From the human T2T-CHM13v2.0 reference genome, Homo sapiens, in assembly GCF_009914755.1 (NCBI RefSeq), contig NC_060930.1: 64,000 nucleotides of DNA; one strand, given 5' to 3'. Position 1 is the first letter of the stretch. Each line of letters opens with the position of its first letter. Shown in pieces: positions 1-13,165 of this stretch. A program made the position numbers and the translations under genes. Below the pieces are notes generated by a model, which ran no database searches, was not told the origin of the DNA, and saw only the letters and a list, made by a program, of their open reading frames with translations.

Positions 1-171
1 TTTTTATGTCATAGTCACATTTACTGAAGGTTTGACAATTGGACAACTGTTATTACATCTCAGGACTTAAAAGTCCTTTAGTTCACTATCAGGGATATGT
101 CACTGGCTAGTATTTCTCATTTCCAGTATCTAGATACCTAATCAATCTATCTATCACCTATCTGTATGTAG

Positions 172-362
172 TTTTTTTCTCTTCTTCCTCCTCCTTCCCC
201 TCCCCCCCTTCCTCTCCTCCCCTTCTTCCTCCCCCTCCCTTTCCTTTTCCCTCTCTCCCTCAATCCTCCTCCTCCTCCTCCTCCTTCTCCTTCTCCTCCT
301 CCTCCTCCTCCTCTTTCTCCTTCTTCTTCTTCCCTGTTCCCCCACCACGCTCTTTCCCCTTT
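172..362. repeat. CT-rich low-complexity tract, (CTC)n/(CTT)n
   Basis: Nearly pure pyrimidine run such as cctcctcctcctc; it explains the Arg/Glu-rich 154..348 ORF. Confidence 0.95.
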
Positions 363-572
363 TATTTTGTATTCCCCTGCCTCAAAATCATATACATAAA
401 AGATGAGCTTTTATATCCAAAGTTGCTAAAAGAATGAAATGGGCATGTCCTCTGGATTGAAATTATTCCAACTCACTTAGGGACAGAAACAGCTGCAGGA
501 AATGGTAGACTTAAATAGTAATTTACCCCTTCCTTCTCATCATCATTAAAATATTGCTTGTGAATTTATAGT

Positions 573-720
573 TGTGTTTATAGTCCCAGCTATTCAGGCA
601 GCTTAGGTGAGAGGATTGCTTGAGGCTAAGAGTTTGAAGCTGCAGTAAACTATGATTGTACCTGTTAATAGCCACTGCTCTATAGCCCTAAGCAACATAG
701 GGAGACCCTGTCTAATAATA
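573..720 (+). mobile_element. Old 7SL-derived Alu monomer (FAM-like)
   Basis: tagtcccagcta...gattgcttgagg...cctgttaatagccactgc...gcaacatagggagaccctgtct. The gtgaatagccactg-type segment is retained from 7SL in FAM. Confidence 0.8.
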
Positions 721-791
721 TTAATATTTGTGTTTAGTAAACATAAACTCATAGACTGTTAGAACTGGCAGTCTAAGTCTTCTTTTATAGA

Positions 792-968
792 CCAGTAATT
801 CTGAAACTTGGTTGTGCATTAGAATCTCCTGGGACCTTTACAAAATACTGATGTCTGGGAACAGTGCTTGCTATTCTGATTAAATTAGTTTGGAGTGTTG
901 TCTGGCCATCAGGAATTTTTGTGAAGCTCCAAGGTGATTCTAAGGTACAGTCAAGTTGAGAATGACTG
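792..968. mobile_element. MER5A-like hAT-Charlie DNA transposon fossil
   Basis: cagtaattctgaaacttgg...cattagaatctcctgg at the start and ggtgattctaagg...aagttgagaatgactg at the end; imperfect palindrome typical of MER5A. Confidence 0.75.
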
Positions 969-975
969 TTATTGA

Positions 976-1391
<416 letters not shown>

Positions 1392-1689
1392 TACCTTGGG
1401 TAAGTTTCTTTATGGTTCTCCGAGTCACTCTGCACACCACTTGTACTCTGTCTGGGTTTGGAGTTGGACACGGTGAGAGCTGGCATGGTAGAGAACAAGG
1501 ACATATGTGCATGCACACGGGAGTGCTACTGCTTTTTAAGGAGTCACTCCTGGCATATTTAAAATAATTATTTACTTTCAATTAAAATAATAAAAACAAG
1601 GGCTCTTTTAGCCAGGTCGATAAAGGAAAGAGAAGGTTAAGGAAAGGATAATAGAGAACAGCTGTTTTCAATGTATTGCAAAGCCCCTT

Positions 1690-2303
1690 GTATTGAATTA
1701 CCCTGTGTAATGAATTACCACAAACTTAGCGGCATAAAAGAATACCCACATTAGCTCACAGTTTTGTAGGTCAGAAGTCTGGCATGGCATGGCTGGGTTC
1801 TCTGCTCAGGGTTTCATGAGGCTGAAACCCAGATGTTGGCCACATGAGGTTCTTTTCAAAAGGCTCTGAGGAAAAATCCTCTTCCAAGCTCATTCTTACC
1901 ATTGGCAAAAATTCATTCCTTTTGGCTCTAAAACTGAGATCCTGGCTGGCTGGGAGCTGGGAGCTCCTCTGAACTCCTACTGATCACTTGCATTCCTTGC
2001 TAAGCTATCCCCTCCATCTTCAAGCCAGGGATGTGTGTCGATCAAATCTTTGTTATGCTCTGAATCTTTGACTTCCTCCTCTGCCATTTGCTAGAGATTT
2101 GTTTTTAAAGAGCTCATGTGACTAGGTCATGTCCATCAGATAATCTCCTTATGTTAAGGTTGACTGATCTGGAATCTTGACTCTCTTTTCAAAACTCTAG
2201 GTACAGCAGTTCCTAGATTAGTGTTGGATTGAATAACTCAGAGAAGGTATATGTACACAAGGCACCAGGAATCTTGGGGCCACCTTAAAATTCTGCCTAC
2301 CAC
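1690..2303 (-). mobile_element. MaLR solo LTR (MLT1E-like)
   Basis: aattaccacaaacttagcggc...agctcacagttttgtaggtcagaagtc...ggggccaccttaaaattctgcctaccaca is a reverse MLT1 signature. Confidence 0.8.
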
Positions 2304-2377
2304 ATTCTATTCAAGATTCATACATGGTTTGGAAGATTCTTATTTCCTATACCATCCTCAATTCTGAGAGTAGTGTT

Positions 2378-2539
2378 TTTTTTTTTTTTTTTTTTTTTTG
2401 TTGTTGTTGTTTTGTATTTTTAGTAGAGACGGGGTTTCGCCATGTTGGTCAGGCTAGTCTGGAACTCCTGACCTCCTGATCTGCCCGCCTCGGCCTCCCA
2501 AAGTGCTGGGATTACAGGCGTGAGCCACTGCGCCAGGCC
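2378..2539 (-). mobile_element. AluS left monomer only, with A-rich tail and 13-bp TSD
   Basis: Only the left arm is present, followed by a poly(T)/(ttg) tail. TSD tgagagtagtgtt at 2365-2377 and 2540-2552. Confidence 0.92.
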
Positions 2540-2912
2540 TGAGAGTAGTGTTGAAGTATTATCGAAAGGCTTTCGTGATACACTGGCTAAAGAGCAAATT
2601 TGTTTAATAAAATAAACCAATCAAACAGCCAATCAACTTAATCCCTGAAATATAGAAAGTAATCAACCTTCATTCCCCACAAGTGTTAAAGTGAGGAACT
2701 ATTTTCTCTTCACCAAAAATTTTTTCATGAGCAAGAGTAGGAAGAACATTCTGGGGCAGAAACAGTACAAAAACGGGCATATAGAGTGAAAATTTGCCTT
2801 GCTTTCCAGAAACTGGAAGTAAAGAGCTTAAGCTATGGAGTACCTTGGTCAGGTTTATGCTTTAGAAATATCAGCTTCTCATCAGAGGACAGATGGGGGA
2901 TGGTGGTGGTGG

Positions 2913-3190
2913 TGAAGCTGCTACATTTTCTGGGATACTCAGGGTTCATTGCCTTGCGCCAAGAAAATTTAGGACATAGACACACACATGAGGAGTTTAG
3001 GAGCGGAGGTTAATAAGCAAAAGAAAGAGAAAGAAAAATAGCTCTCTCTCTAGTGAGAGGGAGGGGACTTCCAAGAGGAAAAGGCGAGACAGCAGTGGAT
3101 GTGCTGGATTTTATAGTCAGGTATAAGGAGGCGGTCTCTGATTTACATAGAGCTCACAGATTGGTTCGATCAGGTATGATGTTTACATAT
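2913..3190 (-). mobile_element. ERV1-class LTR fragment (LTR9/MER61-like)
   Basis: tgaagc...gggttcattgccttgcgccaagaaaatttaggacatagacacac...aggagcggaggtttaataag...gattggttcgatcagg. Confidence 0.65.
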
Positions 3191-3211
3191 CAAATATCAT
3201 GTAATTATTAA

Positions 3212-3365
3212 AATAGTTCTTATCCTTAGATACATATTGGAAACACCCAAAGAGCTTTATAATCTACTCATGCTTGGGTGCCATCTCAGAAATTCATACT
3301 TAATTGGCGTGAGGGCCAATGAAAAGATCTCCGGATGCTTCATCTATGCAACCAAGGTAGACCCC
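3212..3365. mobile_element. Degenerate MER5-like fragment
   Basis: atagttcttatcctt...catattggaaacacccaaagagcttt...cagaaattcatacttaattgg. Confidence 0.45.
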
Positions 3366-3609
3366 CTAGACGTTGTGGGTATGGAGAAGTTCAGGAGTCA
3401 ACAGAGATCTCCAGAAAGTCTAGTATTTCCTATACCCCTTAGATTTCTTAGATTTCACCAAATATTCGTGTTTTGGATCTAACTAAGTGTAAAAACTAGT
3501 AACGAGAAATGAAAATCTCTGTGTGTAGAGATATTGGCAAAGTTATACTAAGAAACAGTATAGTAAAAGATCGTAAGCCATAATTCCTCTGCGACAAAGA
3601 AATTATGGC

Positions 3610-3805
3610 TAATTTTTACTATTTGTAAGGCACTTTAAGGGCAATATCTATCTTATCTCATTTTACCTTTACAGTAAAGCTCTGAGGGTGATATTATTAA
3701 TCCTTATTTTACAAATGATGAAACAGGCACAACTATTAAAATGCAGAGTCATGATTTAAACCTTGACTGTCAGTCTGTTGAATTTCAAAGCTGATTCTCT
3801 TAGCC
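3610..3805 (-). mobile_element. MIR
   Basis: MIR core tattattaatccttattttacaaatgatgaaacaggcac. Confidence 0.7.
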
Positions 3806-4424
3806 AAACAGTTGTACTTACTGATAACTTTGAAAAATATAATGCAGCTTCAACAAGTTAAGACATTTATTTTGTCTCACCTATTAAAGAACAGAAAATA
3901 TACACAACATATACACTTGTGCACTTAACTTAAGATTTCCATATACACACATGAACGGATCCAGTAACAGGAAGACCTATGTACCATATTTATTAATATG
4001 GCAAGTTAAATGACATCTCTGGAAAGCTAAGTTTAACTTAGCTAACCTATGGAATAAGGATTATAAAGGGGATTAGTGTCGTGGAGTAGAAATGAACTAG
4101 AGATTAGGAAACTTGAGTCAGTGACCTCTCCCAACCTGCCTCTCCTAACCTAGAAGAGTTCCAGGACCCTGAGTTAGCTACTGTCCTTCTTTGCTTCTGG
4201 GTGTCCAAAGTTGTACAATGTAGCATAAGCATTGAATTATCTTTTAGAGCCTTTCTATTTAAAAAGGCAATTTTTTAAATGATTTGAAGCTATTGTGTAT
4301 CCGTTTTCTTTTCTTTGGCACTTATTCATTTATCTGTTTATTAGTCTTCAATTATTTGTTTTACTGTTGAAATTCAATTTTATATCAGAGAAATAATTTA
4401 ATAATGGTAAAATAAATGATTATT

Positions 4425-4680
4425 ATGATAATAGCATAGGTTTATCAAACACTAAATTCTAGACACATTTATGAATTATGTATGTTAACTCATTTGATCC
4501 TCATGACAGTCCAAAGAAATAGGAACTACTATTATTACCCCCATTTTAGAACTGATGAAGCAAAGAAGTCACAGTACTGATGGTAGGCAGCCTTCCTGAG
4601 GTTGCAAAGCCAGCATATGGCAGAAGAATGAGGTAGTTCAGTCAAGAATATTTTCTTTAAACTGTTTTACACTCTACCTT
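4425..4680 (-). mobile_element. MIR
   Basis: taactcatttgatcctcatgacag...attattacccccatttta. Confidence 0.7.
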
Positions 4681-5574
4681 CCAATGTTTTTGGTGCTATA
4701 AATGGGAGATTTACATGCTTATTTAATGGAGTTTATTTAATGACACATTACAATTTGAGGAACCCCCAAATGATAAAACTGTTATCTACATTTCAATGGT
4801 ATTTGACCTAACAAAATTCTTTCTCTCTACCACCCTCCCCGACACATACTGACACACATATATGCACATACTATCTCTTGAAACCCATTCTTTATTTTAT
4901 ATATGGCCCACGTGACAGATAATCTCTGGGATATTCCTCTCTGACAACAATATAAATATCATATTTAGAAAAGATAAGAGCATCTGTTTTTATGTTCAGG
5001 ACATGATATCTTCTCACTTTTCTCTGCCTTCTGGGAATTTAATTAAAACAATAAAATAGAGCTACAAGAGTTTGTCACCTAATGATAGCAAAAGGCAACA
5101 GCACATAGTTAATCCCTTCTGTGCAAAATGTTGCCTTATATGCACATTCATCCAAAAATTAATGAAGCCAGTCATATCAATAAAGGGCAACGAGCTGACT
5201 GCACAGTCTGAGGGATTGGCTGATTATACAGCAGTGTTTTAGGTCTCAGCTGTAAAGATCTAGAAAATACACAGTGGCACAGGAAGTTGCCTTTGCTGTG
5301 GCAGTTAGTTACCATGGTTTCTGGGTCTAAAGGTAGAAATGTTGCAGCAGAGAGGCTTCTGAGTAGAAACCCTTAATCCTAAGGCAAAATATGGAATTGG
5401 AGCAATAGTCTAGATAATTCTCACAATGTGGAGCAAAAGTACCTTTTTTTTTTTCTTTTTCTTCCAGGGATGATCTGTCTGGATGGTAACTTTAAATCAT
5501 TTCCCATTGTCAGCATAACATACTGCCTACCCCTCCTGGAACATGTGGCTTAGTGAGATAGACAGCACTGTGCT

Positions 5575-8500
5575 TTATTTATTTATTTAAAATTATACTT
5601 AAGTTCTGAGATATATGTGCAGAACATGCAGATTTGCTACATAGATGTACATGTGCCATGGTGGTTTGCTGCACTCATCAATCCATCATCTACATTAGGT
5701 ATTTCTCCTAATGCTATCCCTCCCCCTTCCCCCCACCACTGACAGGCCCCAGTGTATGATGTTCCCATCTCTGTGCCCATATGTTTTCATTGTTCAACTC
5801 CCACTTATGAGTGAGAACATGCAGTGTTTGGTTTTCTGTTCCTGTGTTAGTTTGCTGAGAATGATGGTTTCCAGCTTCATCCATGTCCCTGCAAAGGACA
5901 TGAACTCATTCTTTTTTTATGGCTGCATAGCATTCCATGGTGTATATGTGCCACATTTTCTTTAGTCTATCATTGATGGGGATTTTGGTTGGTTCCAAGT
6001 CTTTGCTATTGTGAATAGTGCTGTGATAAATGTACGTGTGCATGTACCTTTATAGTAGAGTGATTTATAATCCTTTGGGTATATGTACCCCATAATGGGA
6101 TTGGTAGGTCACATGGTATTTCTAGTTCTAGATCCTTGAGGAATCACCACACTGTCTTCTACAATGATTGACTAATTTACACTCCCATCAACAGTGTAAA
6201 AGTGTTCCTATTTCTCCACATCCTCTCCAGCATGTGTTGTTTCCTGACTTTTAATGATCGCCATTCTAACTGGCATGAGATGGTATCTCACTGGGATTTT
6301 GATTTGCATTTCTCTAATGCCCTGAGATGATGAGCTTTTTTTCATGTTTGTTGGCTGCATAAATGTCTTCTTGTGAAAAGTGTCTGTTCATATCCTTCGC
6401 CCACTTTTTGATGGGGTTGTTAGTTTTTTTCTTGTAAATTTGTGTGAGTTCCTTGTAGATTCTGGATATTAGACCTTTGTCAGATGGATAGATTGCAAAA
6501 ATTTTCTCCCATTCTGTAGGTTGCCTGTTCACTCTGATTATAGTTTCTTTTGCTGTGCAGAAGCTTTTTAGTTTAATTAGACCCGACTTGTCAATGTTGG
6601 CTTTCCTTGCCATTGCTTTTGGTGCTTTTGTCATGAAGTCTTTCCCCATGCCTATGTCCTAAATGGTTTTGCCTGGGTTTCCTTCTAGGGTTTTATGGTT
6701 TTAGGTCTTCATTTAAATCTTTAATCCATCCTGAGTTAATTTTGTATAAGGTATAAGGAAGGGGTCCAGTTTCTGTTTTCTGCATATGGATAGTCAGTTT
6801 TCCCAACACCATTTATTAAATAGGGAATCCTTTCCCCATTGCTTGTTTTTGTCAGGGTTGTCAAAGATCAGATGGTTGTAGATGTGTAGTGTTATTTCTG
6901 AGGCCTCTGTTCTGTTCCATTGATCTATATATCTGTTTTAATACCAGTACCAAGGTGTTTTGGTTACTGTTTGGCCTTGTGGTATAGTTTGAAGTCAGGT
7001 AGTATGATGCCTCCAGCTTTGTTCTTTTTGCTCAGTATTGTCTTGGCTATACAGGCTCTGTTCTGGTTCCCTATGAAATTTAAAGTAGTTTTTTCTAATT
7101 CTATGCAGAAAGTCAATGGTAGTTTGATGGTGATAACATTGAATCTATAAATTACTTGGGGCAGTATGGCCATTTTCACAATATTGATTCTTCCTATTCA
7201 TGAGCCTGGAATGTTTTTCCATTTGTTTGTGTCTTCTCTTATTTTCTTGAGTAGTGTTTTGTAGTTTTCCTTGAAGAGTTCCTTCACATCCCTTGTAAGT
7301 TGTATTCCTAGGTATTTTATTCTCTTTGTAGCAATTGTGAATAGGAGTTCGCTCATGATTTGGCTCTCTGTTTGTCTCTTATTGGTGTATAGGAATGCTT
7401 GTGATTTTTGCACATTGATTTTGTATCCTGAGACTTTGCTGAAGTTGCTTATCAGCTTAAGGAGTTTTTGGGCTGAGATGATGGGGTTTTCTAAATATAC
7501 AATCATGTCATATGCAAACAGAGATAATTTGACTTCCTCTCTTCCTATTTGAATACCATTTATTTCTTTCTCTTTCCTGACCTGGCCAGAACTTCCAATA
7601 CTATGTTGAATAGCAGTGGTGTGAGAGGGCATCCTTGTCTTGTGCCAGTTTTCAAAGGGAATGCTTCTAGCTTTTGCCCATTCAGTATGATATTGGCTAG
7701 GATTTGCCATAAATAGCTCTTATTATTTTGAGGTATGTTTCATCAATACCTAGTTTATTGAGTGTTTTTAGCATGAAGGGGTGTTTAATTTTATTGAAGG
7801 CCTTTTCTGTATCTATTGTGGTGATCATGTGGTTTTCGGCATTGGTTCTGTTTATGTAATGGATTATGTTTGTTAATTTGCATATGTTGAACCTGCCTTG
7901 CATCCCAGGGATGAAGCCGACTTGATCGCAGTAGATAAACTTTTTAATGTGCTGCTGGATTTGGTTTGCCAGTATTTTATTGAGGATTTTCGTATCATTG
8001 TTCATCAGGGATATTGGCCTGAAATTATCTTTTTTATTTTTTGTTGTGTCTCTGCCAGGTTTTGGTATCAGGATGATGCTGGCCTCATAAAATGAGTTAG
8101 GGAGGAGTCCCTCTTTTTCTATTGTTTGGAATAGTTGCAGAAGGAATGGTACCAGCTCCTCTTTGTACCTCTGGTAGAATTCGGCTGTGAATTCACCTGG
8201 TCCTGAGCTTTTTTTGGTTGGTAGGCTATTAATTAATGCCTCTGTTTCAGAACTTGTTATTGGTCTATTCAGGGATTCAACTTCTTCCTGGTTTAGTCTT
8301 GGGAGGGTGTATGTGTCCAGGAATTTATCCATTTCTTCTAGATTTTCTAGTTTATTCGTGTAGAGGTGTTTATAGTATTCTCTGATGGTAGTTTGTATTT
8401 CTGTGGGATTAGTGGTGATATCCTCTTTATCACATTTTATTGTGTGTATTTGATTCTTCTTCTTTTTTTTTTCTTTGTTAGTCTGGTTAGCAGTCTATCT

Positions 8501-10470
8501 ACTTTGTTAATCTTTAAAAAAAAACCAGCTTCTGGATTCATTGATTTTTTGAAGAGTTTTTCATGTCTCTATCTCCTTCATTTCTGCTCTTCTCTTAGTT
8601 ATTTCTTGTCTTCTGCTAGCTTTTGAACTTGTTTGCTCTTGCTTCTCTAGTTCTTTTAATCGTGAGGTTAGGGGGTCGATTTTAGATCTTTCCCACTTTC
8701 TACTGTGGGCTTTTAGTGCTATAAATTTCCCTCTAAACACTGCTTTAGCTGTATCCCAGAGATTCTGGTCCATTTTGTCTTTGTTCTCATTGGTTTCAAA
8801 CAACATATTTATTCCTGCCTTAATTTTGTTATTTACCCAGTAGTCATTCAGGAGCAGGTTGTTCAGTTTCCATGTAGTTGTGCCATTTTGAGTGAGTCTC
8901 TGAATCCTGAGTTCTAATTTGATTGCACTGTGGTCTGAGAGACTGTTTGTTATGACTGCCATGCTTTTGCATTTGCTGCAGAGTGTTTTACTTCCAATTA
9001 TGTGGTCAGTTTTAGAATAAGTGCTATGTGGTGTTGAGAAGAATGTATATTCTGTTGATTTGTGGTGAAGAGTTCCATAGATGTCTATTAGGTTCACTTG
9101 GTCCTGAGCTGCATTCAAGTCCTGAATATCCTTGTTAATTTTCTGTCTTGTTGATCTGTCTAATATTGACAGTGATGTGTTAAAGTCTCTCACCATTATT
9201 GTGTGGGAATTTAAGTCTCTTTGTAGGTCTCTAAGAAGTTGCTTTATGAAGCTGGGTGCTCCTGTATTTGGTACATAAATATTTAGGATAGTTAACTCTT
9301 CCTGTTGCATTAATACCATTCCCATTATGTAATGCCCTTCTTTGTCTTTTTATATCTTTGTTGGTTTAAAGTCTGTTTTATCAGAGACTAGGATTGCAAC
9401 CCCTGATTTTTTTTTGCTTTCCATTTGCTTAGTAAATCTTCCTCCATCCCTTTACTTTGAGCCTATGTATGTCTTTGCATGTGAAATGCATGTGAATACA
9501 GCACACCAATGGGTCTCGAATCTTTATTCAATTTGTCAGTCTGTGTCTTTTAATTGGGGTATTTAGCCTGTTTACATTTAAGGTTAATATTGTTATGTGT
9601 GAATTTTATCCTGTCATTATGTTGCTAGCTCGTTATTTTGCCCATTAGTTGATGCACTTTCTTTATAGTGTTGATGGTCTTTACATTTTTGTATGTTTTT
9701 GCAGTGGCTGGTACTGGTTTTTCCTTTCCATATTTAGTGCTTTCTTTAGGAGCTCTTTTAAGGCAGACCTGGTGGTGACAAAATCCCTCAGCATTTACTT
9801 GTCTGTGAAGGATTTTATCTCTCCTTCACTTATGAAGCTTAGTTTGGCTGGATATGAAATTCTGGGTTGAAAATTATTTTTTTTTTTAGAATGTTTTACG
9901 TTGGCCCCAACTGTCTTCTGGCTTGTAGGGTTTCTGCAGAGAGATCCACTGTTAGTCTGATGGGCTTCCCTTTGTGGGTAACCTGACCTTTTTCTCTGGC
10001 TGCCCTTAACATTTTTTTCTTTATTTCAACCTTGGTGAATCTGATGATTATGTGTCTTGGGGTTCCTCTTCTCAAGTAGTATCTTTGTGGTGTTCTCTGT
10101 ATTTCCTGAACTTGAATATTGGCCTGTCTTGCTAGGTTGGGAAAGTTCTCCTGGATAATATCCTGAAATGTGTTTTCCAACTTGGTTCCATTCTCCCCAT
10201 CACTTTTGGGCATACCAATCAAATTTAGGTTTGGTCTCTTCACATAGTTCCATATTTCTTGGAGGCTTTGTTCATTCCTCTTCATTCTTTTTTCTCTAAT
10301 CTTGTCTTCATGCCTTATTTAATTCAGCTGATCTTCAATCTCTGATATCCTTTCTTCCACTGGATCAGTTTGGCTATTGATATTTGTGTATGCTTCACGA
10401 AGTTCTCAGGCTGTGTTTTTCAGCTCCATCAGGTCATTTATGTTCTTTTCTAATCCAGCTATTCTAGTTA
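5575..10470 (-). mobile_element. L1PA7-like LINE-1, main body (3'UTR, disrupted ORF2, most of ORF1)
   Basis: ORF fragments give ORF2 endonuclease (8561..9325), RT (7198..8332, [12 protein letters not shown] for the FADD motif), C-terminal pieces and ORF1 (9896..10285), with many frameshifts. 3'UTR catctacattaggtatttctcctaatgc resembles L1PA7. Confidence 0.95.
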
Positions 10471-11017
10471 GGGTTGATAGACACCTCATACAAGAGAGCT
10501 CTGGCTGGCATCTGGCAGGTGACCCTCTCAGACGAAGCTTCCAGAGGAAGGACCAAGCAGCAATGTTTGCTGTTCTGCAGCCTCCACTGGTGATACCTAT
10601 GCAAACAGGGTCTGGAGTGTACCTCCAGCAAACTACAGCAGACCTGCAGAAGAGAGGCCTGACTGTTAGAAGGAAAACTAACAAACAGGAAGCAATAGCA
10701 TCAACGTCAACAAAAAGGATGACCAGTCAAAAACCCCATTCGAAGGTCACCAACATCAAAGACCAAAGGTAGAAAAATCCACGAAGATGAGGAAAAACCA
10801 TTGCAAAAAGGCTGAAAATTCCAAAAACCAGAATGCCTTTTCTCCTCCAAAGGATCACAAACTCCTTGCCAGCAAGGGAACAAAACTGGACGGTGAACGA
10901 ATTTGACTGATTGTCAGAAGTAGGTTTCAGAAGGTTGGCAATAATGAACTCCTCCAAGCTAAAGGAGCACGTTCTAATCCAATGCAAGGAAGCTAGGAAC
11001 CTTGATAAAAGGTTATA
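10471..11017 (+). mobile_element. Inverted 5' segment of the same L1 (distal 5'UTR plus ORF1 start)
   Basis: Sense-oriented L1 5'UTR with the ORF1 ATG at 10787 (atgaggaaaaacc). It ends at gataaaaggtta, just upstream in L1 coordinates of where the minus-strand body stops. Confidence 0.92.
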
Positions 11018-11920
11018 GCACAGTGTTTTAATGTGAAAACTAACTCACAGCAATTTTTGAGTATTTTTGTCTTTCTAATGAAATTGGTAGGGTTGTACAT
11101 ATTATATGTTTATAACATATTACATAATAAACATATGTACAACACGATGTAAACATATGTGTTTTAGATATAAGATTGCTGAAACATATAAGGACAAAAA
11201 TATAACATTGTAGGTAGTGTCCAACTCACCAATATATCACTTTCCCAATTGATGTATAAATTAGTTGTTTAGAAACCCATTGAGTGTTTCCCTACACAAA
11301 ATAAGTAAACAAGTATGCTTTATTTCTTTTTTTCACTCTCACTTTGTGAAGACATATTTAGTGTTACATGTGTTTTGAAGTATACTGTGATTTTTCTTCT
11401 AGTTCTTGTAATCAGGAGTCTTTTGTTGTTACAAGAGAAGGAATCAGAAGAAACTGGAAACATTAGAGATGGGTGTATGGGAAATTCCAAGTTACTTAGT
11501 ACTTTCTCCTGCGTCCTATTCAATTGGGCCCCTGGGCCCTGCTCAGGGCTATGAGCTGTCCTGAATCTCTTTCCAGGGCACCACACTGAGGTGAGCCCCA
11601 CAATGTCTTCACAAACATTCTGTTCTTTAACTTACTTGTATATTATTCTCCGGATTCTCTGCGCTTACCGATCAAAAGCAATCTGAAGTAAATAATTAAT
11701 ACCAATAACAAATCCAAATTCCTTACACAAAAGGAATACACAGATTTTTTTTAAGTAGATCTTTACCATGTTTACTTTGCAATTATCACAACATTACTTA
11801 AAAACTTATAGGCCTATTACAGGGATATATTTCTTACACTTTTTGCTTTTACCACAAAACATTTTTAAAGCAAATACAAAAAATACCAGAAAACTCAAAT
11901 AACATTAATGTTATATAATG

Positions 11921-12252
11921 GGCCAGGTGCGGTAGCTCATGCCTGTAATCTCAGCACTTTGGGAGGCCGAGGCAGGGTGAATCGCTTGAGCCCAGGAGTT
12001 TGAGACCAGCCTGTGCAACATGATGAAACTCTGTCTCTACAAAACATACAAAAATCAGCTGGCTGGGTGTGGTGGTGCACACCTTTAGTCCCATCTACTT
12101 GGAAGGCTAGGTGAGAAGCTTGCTTGAGCCTAGGAGATTGAGGCTGCAGTGAGCCAAGATTGCACCACTGCACTTCAGCCTGGGCAACGGAGAGAGACCC
12201 TGTCTCCAAAAAAAAATAAATAAAAATAAATAAATAAATAAATAAACAAAAA
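11921..12252 (+). mobile_element. AluJ, full length with (AAAT)n tail
   Basis: ggccaggtgcggtagctcatgcctgtaatc...cgcttgagcccaggagtttgagacc carries J diagnostics. Confidence 0.92.
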
Positions 12253-12749
12253 AATATATATATACATTGAATATCTTAGGCTGAAACTAAATAATTGATG
12301 TTGACTTTAATAGTAGGAAGATGTATTGATGTATTTTTTTATATTTTACTTGTTGTTAGATTGACTCTTAATTTTTGAATGTGAGACACATCAATTGGGT
12401 CACATATTATTGTTTTTATTATTTTTTCCTGTTGAACTATAACCTTTTTTTAATTGTCAATGATCATTTTTATTGAAGAGCCAATCAATTTAATGGTATA
12501 TATAAAAATAAAACTGAAAGGTGTTTTTTATTTATTAGTGGCAATCAGCTGTCATTAGCTGGAACATATATAGTGATCTGCTAGTGAGCTATTATAAGTT
12601 AGTATCAGAAGAAACAGAATCTGCAAGTTGTGTCTGTTCTTATTGAGAGTGGGGAAAGGGCTGCTATAAGGAGAGTTCTTTTGAGTTTGGCAATTCTATA
12701 CCACCATGTTCAGATAATAACTCAGCTCTGTTTTCAACATTAAAAAAAA

Positions 12750-12838
12750 AACTTTTATTCTAGGTTTAGGGGTACGTGTACAGTTTGTTACATAGGTAAA
12801 CATGTGTCATGGTGGTTCGTTGTACATATTATTCATCC
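12750..12838 (-). mobile_element. Short L1 3'-end fragment (L1PA13-16/L1PB-like)
   Basis: acttttattctaggtttagggggtacgtgtacagtttgttacataggtaaac. Confidence 0.75.
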
Positions 12839-13039
12839 TCAACGTTTTTCTACTTGACCAATTTAGGAAAGTTTGCTAAAGTCTCTAGCAATGCTCTCTC
12901 CTTCACTGCCCGGTACTTACAAATGTCTACTAAGCCATTCAAGATTTGCAACCCCTGCTGGGTTACCACACTGACTTAGAATCCCAGCTTCCCTTAACTG
13001 CTTCCACTTTTCCTTTTCTTCCCCATAGAATTTTATTGT

Positions 13040-13165
13040 CATTCTTTTCCTGCTAAAATGTAAACTGCATAAGGCCATTCTTTGTTTTGTTCACTGATCT
13101 ATTACAACAGAATAGTACCTGTAACATGTAGATGCTCAATGACTATTTGTCAAGTGAATAAAAAT
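13040..13165 (+). mobile_element. L2 3' end
   Basis: tgttttgttcactga...aatagtacctgtaacatgtagatgctcaatgactatttgtcaagtgaataaa. Confidence 0.65.

Noticed and set aside
6314-10285. Reverse transcriptase and endonuclease ORFs as an active or novel retroelement system
   Set aside because: These are ordinary LINE-1 ORF1/ORF2, split by frameshifts and stops, with the RT motif altered to FAYD; no L1 in the window is intact.
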